Assembly (NCBI GenBank): GCA_965649765.1
Contig: OZ287757.1
Coordinates: forward strand, 23,436,001 to 23,500,000
Source: Bispira polyomma
Taxonomy: Eukaryota
Length of the DNA: 64,000 bases
Direction: 5' to 3'
Positions 36,879-48,656 of the stretch are shown here, in pieces (the stretch's first letter is position 1; each line of letters begins with the position of its first letter). The position numbers were made by a program, and so were the translations under genes. The notes beneath the pieces were generated by a model. That model was not told the origin of the DNA and did not search any database. It worked only from the letters and a program-made list of their open reading frames with translations.

Positions 36879-38819
36879 TGTCTAAGGACTATGGTTCTAA
36901 ATAACTGAATATATCAATTGTGCCTACTCTCACATTTTGAGGAATATACTGTTCCAACTAAGAATATAGAATGACATATGCTGTCATTTAAAGTTAGATA
37001 TTAGACTGGTCAAAATAGAATAGGACTCAGACATATAAATGTTGGTAATTTCAAAAGTGTGGAGAATTTTAATTATTTTGATATGTATTTGTATAAACAC
37101 ATCTATTGTTCTTTTTTCAAGCTATTGTTGCTTCCCTTCAAAATTTCTTTAAGGAATTACCAAGCAAAGAATATGATGGGCGAGAAATCCAAAGTCACAA
37201 GCACAGGAAAACAGATGTCAAGAAAATGAAAGTTGTCTTTCACTTGTCAATTGATTGAAAAAATAATTGTTATTAGTGGGTTGTACCTCATTCAAGTTAT
37301 TACACTCAGTACAATGTCTTTGTATAGTAGCAAGAGTGTTCCAGAACATATTCCACCTGTTCCAAGGTGGTCATGTATTTTTTCACAAATTTGCAAAGTT
37401 GTATGACCGTGTTATATTGCTATTACATCAATGGTTGTAAGTGGACTATTTTGACAAATTTAGATGATGTCCTAAATGGAGTTCAGTGGCAATGGTCTTA
37501 TTTCTAAGTAAAGAAACATGCAAAATGTATAAAGTATAGCTTTAAAACGTCTGTCTCACTTTAAATGTAAGAAATTGGAGGGAGCTTTCAATTATGGCGG
37601 CCTTTTAAATAACTGCCAATGTGTCCTAAAAAGAGGTTAGAGGAAGTGTTCCATGCACTAAGAATACTATAAGTGTGCTAATTTTGACGCTTTTGTTACC
37701 AAGTGAACGACTTTTACCTGATCTACTAGTAATATTAAAGACCTTATAACCACTAAGCTACCACTAGAACCCTCTATGAAAGTTGCAGGAGGAGGCTATA
37801 AAACTTGAAAAACTGATTTCATATGGCATTTAATTTATTTAAATCCTATTTTGGGCTTAAGTGTTGCAGTATTGCTGGTTTTCTTATTTTATTATTGAAC
37901 ATTTCATTTTGTTATCAGTTTAAACTGACTACTCTTGTATTTTTTATCTTTTTTTTTGTTTTCCTTTCTATATTTGTACCGTGTTCATACCGGTTACCAT
38001 TTTCTGTTTCTGTCCTACCTCAGGTCTTACGCATAGATAGCATATGTTCATTACTAATCACAGGAAGTATTTTACTATTTTACGGCACCATTGACCCGTT
38101 ACACATCAGTTACAAACTGCTTAAGACCATCTGGCCAATTATTGTACAACTAGATCAGATTTGTAAAGATTGATCTTGCGAATGTCTTGTGAATGTATCA
38201 GATAACCAAAGACAGGTTCCAGATTTCAATATCCAATGTTTTAGAAATCATTAAACTCATTGAAAGGAAATAGTACATTGTAGAGTATATACCTTTACTT
38301 AGGTTTTTGTGGGATATGGCAAATATAGGCCGATATAGTCATAATTGTTATGAATTTTCTTTTCATGTGTTATTTTTTTTTTGTTGTTATTGTAGAGTCA
38401 TGTACCAATGTTTAATCACCTGTGCTATTTATGGTGAATAAATGACCAAATGTATAAATGTTTCATCCTTATAATGTCACTGATGGGAAGTAAAAAGAAT
38501 ACTATTTTAAACTATGTACACTTACCTATTGCATTTTAAACAATTTACCTACTTGTTTTACTTTTTATTTTACTTTAAATTTAACTAGTTAATGATATTT
38601 AGTCTCTTTTACATTTCTTGCATATATTGCTCATCTTAACTATTGGTGGCTTGACACTTGCAAAGTGTCGCTTCAGTAATAAAGCACTACCAAAAAGTAT
38701 ATAATTCACATTAATTATCAGGAAATACAAGTTATGTCTGGTTTTTGGGCATAAGGTCCCCTATGTAACAGAGTACATAATGTACTCATACCAAACTTCA
38801 ATAGTACCAACTTAAATTC

Positions 38820-39085
38820 AAATCCAACATCTAAATTATTATGGTCACCTTTCTTTCAATTCTGATCAACTTAAACTCAATTTGGGGTGACCTCATTGCT
38901 CAAAAAATTATAGGTCACCTGGCTTGAACCATATTATGGCGACCTTAAACTTGTCAACCATTAGGTCACCTCTGCTTAAAACAGGCAACTTAAACTCAAC
39001 CTGTTGTGACCTTAAGTACTTAGGGTGACCTTAAGGCAACTTCAAGGTGCATTGACACCACAATTAAGGGTGACCTTATGCCCTC
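38820..39085. repeat. Cluster of GGTNACCT/ACCTTAA motifs (probable solo Ngaro-type terminal repeat)
   Basis: About eight GGTCACCT/GGTGACCT-type motifs plus AACTCAA boxes, as in the Ngaro-1 B repeat. Confidence 0.5.
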
Positions 39086-39107
39086 AAATATGTTAACTGT
39101 ATATAAA

Positions 39108-39371
39108 GTTTGAATTTGAATTTGAATTTGGATATTTAACGTCCACTCTAGTACCTTTTAGTAGGTTATATTGGGACGGGTAGTTGGAAACGCTGGAGGA
39201 AACACTGCATACAGTCGGTCAAGGTTCTGCAGAGAAACCAGCTGCCCACAGTAAGGAACTACCACCTTTCCCACATAGGCATCGACGAGATTCGAACTCA
39301 CACCACCCAGAGGTGAGAGACCAGTGATTGTGAAGCGCAATGCTTGCTAAACACTAGGCCACCGCGGCCCC
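39108..39371 (-). mobile_element. tRNA-derived SINE family A, copy 3
   Basis: 15-bp TSD ttaactgtatataaa at 39093-39107 and 39372-39386; (AAATTC)n tail. Confidence 0.93.
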
Positions 39372-42300
39372 TTAACTGTATATAAAAGAATATTAGATAT
39401 AACCCAGTCACTAATAAATATATCACCGCAGAATTGTTTCTCTGTGTTGTAATAGTTAAATTCTAAACCCCGAGGCACTGTACACGTACTTAACATGTTT
39501 TAATAGCCGTTTTAATTATGTTTGGACCATAGTCACATTTTAAAATACATTTGTTTCCTACGTTTGTAAACTTGTTTCAATCTCGTTCTCTTCATTAAAA
39601 AATATTTTTTGAATATTTTTTAAATGTGTAGTACGTTTTACTGCCATCCTTAAATCATATGCACATTTAATATATGTCAAACATTACCCTTGAACACACC
39701 AACTGTTTGAGAATAATCGCCGTAAACATAAAAAAAATTTGTGCCGCACAAAATTTGAGATGTTTACGGCCGTTTTCCTTATTAAAGGATTATCTTAATT
39801 GTGCATGCTAAAGTTTACTTAGACATTCACTATGCAAATGCTTACGTTTCACCTTACATTAGCATTTTTTTGTGCGTAATCGAAACGTAGGCCCAGTGTG
39901 ACCACAACATAAGAGTCGAATATGAATGGTACTAATGGTGTTGTCCTTTTATTGTTCAAGAGGCGATCAATTGGGTTCTGTATTTAAATGCTGGCTGGAT
40001 CAAGGCGAGAAAGACACGAATTGTGATGTAGATATGACGTATATAAATAGAAGATGGCGGTTTTGTCAACAAAAATGAATATATCAGATTATTCGTTTGC
40101 AGAGTCCAAGATTTTCATCAATACACCACAAGAAATCACACAACAATGGTCAACGACATCCTCAGTACTTCAAACACATTAAACATCAATTTTAAAGCCA
40201 ATCATCCTACTTATCAGCCAAAATATCTCGCAGCAATGTTAAGAGTGAAATCTCCTTTTCAATTCTTAACTAGACATTCCCTTGTCCTTAGGTTAGCGTG
40301 TTCTAGATCAATTAATGTCATAGTACATTCTGCAGAGAACAGACTCCATGCCGGTATCCATGCTAAAAGAAAGATTACCAGCTTTCTCAAAGAGTGAAAA
40401 CTGTGTCAACTCGTTTTTCCACCATAACATAAGTCTGTTAAGGAATTATATAAGTTCTGTACCAGAAGGATAATTGAGGATATTTCTGAAATAATAGGTA
40501 AAAGAAACTAAAGACCCAGTCGTATTGAAGATACAAAAACTTACTGACAGCTGGGACTTTAAAATCCTCATAGTATGTTGGAGGTCTTTTATAGTCCCTA
40601 ACATTCCTTACAAATATGTGGATGGTGGATGATCTTTTGTAGATCTTACCATTGTAGTTTTTAATTTGTTCCACATTGTCTGACAAGCGACTTTGAGAAT
40701 CAGGAGTAGTTTCTGTCAGTCACAGAACAGTTATAATACAAGAGTAGTTATGTTTCATAACCAAGAACCGACCAAAAACTTCCTTAACTGAACAACCAGT
40801 TCTTTGTTCACTGCTCGACCACCGATCGGCCATTGATTGGCAAATAATGAATAATCAGACACTGATCACATGATGGTTATACAGAATGTATAAAATCCGG
40901 CCCATACATTGATCTTTTGCAATGTTTCAATGAACTTTCACTTTGTTTATTTCTGTTTTCTTACATTTACAGAATTTTAAATGTAACACGAATGTGCTCA
41001 GTGTGACCACAGCATTAAGATGCATAAATGTATGATAGGTAATCATAAACAACTGAGTAATTATTCTAACCGGTCAACTGCTGTATTCTGATAGCTGTAA
41101 CATATGTGCTTTCTTTAACACATGCCTATTCAGATGGACTGTTATTGTTCTCATTGAGATACTTGGAACAATCTTGTTTTGACGCGTGGCTTTATTTTGG
41201 ATTTTCACAATACATTCTCAGGAATCATGTGTTGGAAAAAAATACTGGTAAGCTTCAGCTTTCTTTTTTTATCTACTTTTTTTATAGTAAACAAGTAAAC
41301 TTGACATATTTTTAACAAAATAGAACAAGTGGGATTTTATTTAATGTCTTGGAAGCTGAGGGGCCAGTGTAAAGTGAAAGGTATGCTTTTTAGTGAGACT
41401 CAAGATGTAAATCGTGAATTAATCGTCTAAATATCCAAAAAAATTACTTAAAGAGCCGAAACATTTTGCTATTTCATTATACAACTGAATGGCTCACAAA
41501 AGCATTACCAAGATTGATACTTTTTTTTCTGACATGTAGATTATGGTTTTGCCAGAATCCCTCTGTTTCTTTGTCACAATGACTACACATACATGCTCAA
41601 CGGATTTACATGGCATTTAGTAAAGGAGTATTTTTAACTTGTGTGATGGTGGCATTTAATCAAATTTTTTAAATTTAATATAAGTTTTGGTAAGAACTTT
41701 CCCCAGCATTAGATTTTGGTCACGAATGCTACACATCAATAAAGCTAACTCACATTACTTGTATTGCAGTAATACAATATCTAAAGTCAACCATTTGGAA
41801 ACCTCCTATTAACAATCATTGACAATGGTATCTCTTTTTGTCGCAACCCTTTTGTTTTTCTAACAGCACTTAGTCAATGTCATTAAAGTAGTTTTTAGGG
41901 CTACATATTTAAACGATTTTAGTTTTAACTTAATATCAGGCTTTTAATAACAAGCATTTTTCTTTTGAGACTAATACATTGTCCTGACCTTATATTTATC
42001 GTCCTTGTATAGTACTTATTTATGGGTTCAAATCGAGCTGATACATTTCTTTATTACAGGTTCAGAACCATGACCCCAAAGTTTTAAAAGGTCTGGTTAA
42101 CCATTTTATTCCAAATTACAATCGCTTGCTATCTTAAAAGTGGTATTAATTTAGTGTTTTTTTTTATTTAGCTTCAGGCTCGAGCATGAACCAAAATATG
42201 TCAACTTGTGAGAGGCAAGACTCAGTGTCATTGAAAATTATGTGATATCATCAGCTAACTGGTTTATTTTATACTCCAAGGTACATACTTTAATGCCACC

Positions 42301-44819
42301 TGTACTTGTATTACTTTGGTAATCAATGACTAAAGATTCTACCACAATAATAAAAAGTAAAACACTCAAACCACACAAGTCAAAATTACTGAATATTCTT
42401 TAAACCCACCTGACATTGAGACGGATGGCCCTCATAAATGCACCAAGTGATCAATGAGAGTGTTAACTTTATTTCAGATTTGACTACATTAGGAGTACTT
42501 TGGAAGTTTTCGTTGTTATTTTTTAGCATAAGTAGTGGCGCCACGAAAGTTTTGAAATGTTCAAACAGTCATGAATGCATATTGGGTTAGAGGGGTAGGC
42601 GCCTTGATTAGTTTTGTATTGTTTCTCATCAGTAGCAGTTAAATTTGGCAATTTGTGGCTCGTTTCATGTTATTTGCAGTAAGTGGCAGTTAGGGAGCAT
42701 TCGTTGTGGTTAGTGATGCATAAGTGGGTGTTTATTATTGTATCTTAAATCTTCATTTCTCAATAGTGGGTCTTAGTCAAGGTACATGTCACAGCTTTGT
42801 TTCGTACTCGGTTCATTGATGCTCATGCGAACAAATCTTAATGAGACTGTGGAATTTTTTAAAGGTGAGGGGGGAAATATACTGAAAAGGTTCTCTGAGG
42901 GATAAAAGTATGCAATCTTCAATAGAAATGCTTAAATGTGCCAAATCGAAGGTCTCAAAGAGGAAAGGGGAGGGTACCCAAATAGCTGCCTAGCATTTAC
43001 TGGGGTTAGCCATTATAACCTTATAACGCGGGAATGAGGAGTGGGGGGATTAATGTATAAGGTCAGAATGTCAAGTTGCACTTTTTGTAGCCATTTAGTT
43101 TAGACAGACACTACACATTGATTCCCCCAAGTAGTAAAAAATAATAAATTAGTTCATAGTTCATAATGCTCATAGACCTTCTTTTTGTTTAACTTGTTAA
43201 TTGACAGGACAGCTCAGATATTGATTAAACATTTCCTAAAAAAGTAGCTAGCCTAAAAACACTACACCTATGGCTGCAGTTTCACAAACAGTAATAACCC
43301 TATACATATTGTAATTATGTAAGATTCATAATAGAATAGATGTGGTGGCCAACATTTGCAGAAACAAATGCTCAGGCAGGTCTAATAAATATGATAAAAA
43401 AGTTTTAAAAGGCCTCATAAATGATAAAACACATGTTAGGGTCTTTCATTATACTTGTAGAATATGTTTATGACTTTGCCTGGTCTGTAGCAAAAGTCAC
43501 CCATGCTGTGTTATTACACTGTAGCAGGGGTATTAGGGGTATTATCTTATATATGAGAGGGCCATACATTATACATTTTACACCCCCTACAATAACCTGC
43601 ACCACTATGCACCTCCTACAAAATCTGCACCTTCTACAAAACCTGCACTCTTATGCACCTTCTACACACCCTGCATCGTTATACAGATATAGCTATATAA
43701 TATATGTATATCTCAATCATTAATTTCTGCTCCAAATCAAATATGGAAAAGATGGTTTTTGGTTGGAGGTAGTTATCCCAATTGTGTTGATTCTCGTTTA
43801 TATGCAAACATCATTTCCAACTGGTGTACAAAACGGTGGATGTGTCAATTCACATGATGAATGTTCTATCATTAGTGTCTGTTTAGGAAAGAGAAGTATA
43901 AAGATAGAATGATGTTAGTTTAAATAGATATGCTCTTCGAAAATTAATCTTGTGAAGAGTTTAAATGGCTCCAATGTTCAAGTTACCCAGGGTTAACCTT
44001 GATTTTGATGTACCGCTGTCATGTTCAAAGAGCTCCTTCCTTTAACTGTGTTGTTTGAATTAAATCTCTTGTTCTATTATACACATTTTATTTATTTCAG
44101 TGACAAGTGTTAATCATCCACAATCATATTTAAAGACACATTTTTGTTGAATACTCATTTCAGGCTTTAAAAAATATTTATCACTTTAGATGTACAATTC
44201 AATCATAAGTTGCTGATGCATGTAATAAACAACAAAAACGATATTAATAATTTGCCCCTTTTATTAACACATGATATCTAGAATCAATTCAAGTTATATT
44301 TATCACTGTAGTGGTTAGGTTTAGTGTATTAGGTCCACTGTTATTAAAGTCTCTTTCCATTAAATTAGTTAATGACAGTCTATTTCAATCAAATCATGTT
44401 ACAACTTTAATATGTACTATGACAGTACATTCTAAAGAACAGGGGGTAATTTAAAATTGAGTTTAAGTTAACCACCCCCTTCCCTCAGCTATACATCCTT
44501 AGATTCACATAAAATTGTAATTCTTACTACAATGAAGAAGTTTATTGTATTTTTGCACCCTTAATAAAGCTTATAATCATCGCTTGATCTAGTTCAACTC
44601 TTATGCTAACACTATTTATGCAGGGGGTAGGGTAATATAAAATCGGAGGTCGAAAATTTAGATAAATTTCATGTTATCCCCCGGGGGGTGGTATTGCATT
44701 GATTTTAAATTTCTAGTGTGTAATCTAAAATGGAATCTAAATTTTCAGGAAGGGAGGGGGGTGGGAGGTGTAATTTAAAAATACTACACCGGTTTCCCTA
44801 AAGTGGGGATTACTGAGGG

Positions 44820-45002
44820 CATTGTTACGAATAACAGCCGGTCATATCCCGACCGGCAGGTTTACTGCTAAGAAAAGCAGTGCATACTAGTCGAGGGTCG
44901 GCAAGTAACTAATAACTTTCCATTTTCTTCACCACAGCCGGAATTCAAACCCATAATCTCAGCAGTGGGAAAAATGTGTTAACCACTACGTCACTGAGAC
45001 CC
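44820..45002 (-). mobile_element. Degenerate SINE
   Basis: The reverse strand reads GGGTCTCAGTGACGTAGTGGTTA...GGGTTTGAATTCC...GGAAAGTT. Confidence 0.55.
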
Positions 45003-46772
45003 TCCACCACCCCAATACCTATTAACAATCAATTTCTCTCTTCGACGGCAATGAAGTACATTGATTCTAATGCTTATAAAATTCATACATTTAATGCATA
45101 ATGCATCCTGATGTATCTCTTTGTTTTGCACAGGTATGTTTCTATGATCACTTTTTAAAATATTACCTTCTCAACAGTGCTGTTAATCAGATTCAGTGTG
45201 AAAAAGTATGCTTTGGTGATAATGTTAACATTGTCAACACTGATGCTTCTCCTATTGATTGTATTATATAAATGTGGGTGCCCAGGACTGGGATAGTAAT
45301 ATTGGCTTAGATATGTAGGTTAACTTTACTTACCTAACACATGTACTCCTATATGGGGTTAACTTGCTGTTACACGCAATATTTAATTCTGTTGTAAGTT
45401 TGCTATGCCCATAGAACTTACGATTGGATCAATGATTCGGTTGTGGAGCTTCAGAAGATGACTAGCTTCAATAAAATGCGTTCAAAATTGATAATAATAA
45501 AAACATTAACAATATCAGAGCATTAAACACTCAGACTTCTGGGGTTTCCCATTTAGCTCAACTGTTAGTGTACTGGACTATTTAATCTCAAGATCCATCA
45601 CAACCCAAGATCGAATCCCAGCAGTGGCAAGCCTCTTTGTAATCTTTCTAATATGCTCTATTTCACTTCAACTGGTGCTAATTGCAGTATGTTTTCAAAG
45701 TCCAACGTGTCGCCCAGCATACTATAATCCTATGTATCCATCTTTAAAATATTAGATTTGACTCTTGCAGTTATTACAAGCTTGTCTTTTATAACCTTAA
45801 CATTTGTGTTTGAACTACTCTCCCTGGCTTCTCTCCTTAATTTTGTTCACACAGGAATATGAGCAGTGTGCCTTTTTATGAACAGACTAAAAAGTATATC
45901 ACAATACTATATACATGTATCTTCTTTTTTATTTCACAACTATTGGTATCACACATTCTTTTTGTTCTATTCAGTGGGCTATATCCACACAATGAATTCG
46001 GGAACGTTAGTGTAATTGATTTAAACATATTTTATTAAACAATTGGCAGAAGGAAGAATGTCATATTAAGCAGCTTGCTTTGGTTTGTCTCTGGTCACAA
46101 TAGACAGGTGGAGATATCTAGGAAAACTCTTTAATGAAACGTCTAATATTAACCATTCACAATTATAAAATTAATATTATTTAATACAGTATAGTCATAC
46201 AATATATTTGTTGCAAAAAAAATGCTGACAGTCACCAAGCATCGTATATTTAAATATAAAGCAATCTTTGATGCTTCTAAATAGGAATAGTATGGTTACA
46301 TACACAACAGACATGTAATTAACAACAGATTAACAAAATTTAAAACAATTTCTTGGAGAATCTGTTTGTAGTTGCCATGTAATCCTGTATATAAGTCATT
46401 GCAATCAAATTTGTCTTGGTAGCGGTATTAGCATTGCCCCTCAATAGGTTTGACAATGTTACCTTAAAATTTATTTGATATAATTTGTTACACAGTTCTA
46501 TTCTGAGATCATAATACAGTGGGCCGCTTAAAAAGTAATGATAGGCATTTTTTGTTAAAGCAGTGCTGCGGCATTTGCTGTCATGTAAATTGAACAGATC
46601 TGAATTTAACCCGCTGCGTCAGTGTTATTAATGGATCTGATACTGCATATAACGTTCATTGAATGTGCTTCCATTGAGATTATCTGGTCCGCAAGCAAAG
46701 AATACTACTAAAGCACAACTTTTATCATACTGACATAAGCTTATATTTTCAATACAGAAGTTGTCCCATATC

Positions 46773-48656
46773 ATGTATCAAGTAGTAAGGTTAACTTAAC
46801 TTTAGTGATTCACTTTACTGTGTCTAATACTGTCTCAAATATCAGTAATGTACCAGTAAAACAAAAAAATAATATTTTATTAAGAACCCATACTACTGTG
46901 GTATTTGTTCCACTGTGTATTGTAGGTGTTTTGTTTGGCTGCTGTAGTGTTCTACATGTTTTACTTGTTGGACCACAAGATCTACAAGAATGACATTTAT
47001 GGTAAGGTATATAGTTATCTTGCATTATCCAAATCTAACATCACACAAATATATATACCACTGTAAAAATCCTGGATTAACCCTTTACTGCAACATTTAA
47101 TGGACTCTTCAATTAGATCAACATCTTCCATACATTAAATTTGTGTTGTCAAATAGTTGTCATTCTGTTTGTCAATCGTACCATTACATAATTGTATTTG
47201 CGTCCAATAAATTGTTACATAAGTGTGTTTTAATACTACAGATTAACCCCACAAGAGTATTTTGTGCTTCAAAGAAGTAACACCAATATGAATAAATATG
47301 TAATATAACCATATGTAACACAGATCATCTTTACTAAGTATTCCTTGAACAATTTGAAACTGCTCAATATTGAGAACAAATGCATCAACTATTGGATGCC
47401 AAAGTGATTTAGAAAACCTATGTTATTTTAGCTTCAGTAATTAGATATAAGATTCATACATTTCTGTATTTAAAGCAACAGAGATGCAGGGCAAAAGCAA
47501 AGATGCCATCAGCACACAAATACTGAAGCCTTGCCTTCCCAAGAGACATATTTATTACCTCAAAGTTGCAAAGACTGGCAGTTCCACCTTTTCAAACATA
47601 TTGAATAGAATAATACTAGCAAATAATCTCACTGATTTCAATCCACATAAACTGAAGCCGCACCCACACACCCTTGTTCAAAAGAATTGTGACAAATGTC
47701 CTTCTGAGCCTCGATTTGATGTTCAAGTTAACCATGCTGTGTATGATCCCAGTCTCACAGCCAAGTGGATGAAAACTGACACTCAGCACATAGCAAGCTT
47801 ACGGCATCCCTTCAGCAGGTCTAGATCTGCTTTTTATTTTTTCTATGGTCGGAAACATCCAAGTTTAACAGAAGGAGCTTTAGATAAAATATTCAAGGTT
47901 AAAATTCTAAATCCTCCTAAAATAAATCAGATGTTTATTTTTTTTAGATTTGACACCATAAAAGCATCTGGAAACAACACATACTTTTTAAAGTGTCTGC
48001 AAGATATCGAAGACAGATTTGCCCATATCATTATAAGTGAAATGTATGATGAAAGTTTGATACTTTTAAAACGTAAAATGTGCTGGAATACAAAGGATAT
48101 TATTTACATATCCCACAAAAATGCCTCACTAAAATATCAACAATATGATAATATGGAAAATTTAAATTATGGAAACTTATCAGAAATACACAAGAGCAAA
48201 TCTCCATTAGATTATGCATTATATCAACACTTTTTAGATATCCATAGAAATAGTGTCAGATCATTAGGTGCAGCATTTTACAAGGAAGTAAAAGAATTTC
48301 AAAGTGCAAAGGATGCAGCAAATAGGTTTTGTCAGACTGTATATGTTAAGTTAAGAAAAGGAAACCATAACAATCATATTTTGTCCCAAAAGCTGATGAT
48401 TCCCAAAGGAGAAACAATTGATTCTTTTGAGGTAACTGCCCATGACTGTGTTGCCATGGCTTTGGCTGTTCATGATGCCCAACTCATCAAGATGGCTTTG
48501 AATTATCCAATGGCATGTTCATACGATTTTAGTGACTCAAAGGTGCATGTCCGGGAAACGTTTTGTTCTCAGCATAACAAAGCAGGCATTTTTGTATATA
48601 ATAATACGGTATTTATACCAGACAGTGTCTTACACAACATCAAATCGGATCTATGA
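46773..48656 (+). CDS. Galactose-3-O-sulfotransferase (GAL3ST/cerebroside sulfotransferase) family, type II membrane protein, ~422 aa
   Basis: The main exon 47476-48656 has a 5'-PSB-like motif YLKVAKTGSSTF, a 3'-PB-like motif LRHPFSRSRSAF, and YDESLILLKRKMCW and LDYALYQHF. Simplest upstream model: exons 46773-46784 (MYQV) and 46926-47001 (VFCLAAVVFYMFYLL signal anchor), phase-compatible. The 5' exons are less certain than the catalytic exon. Confidence 0.85.
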
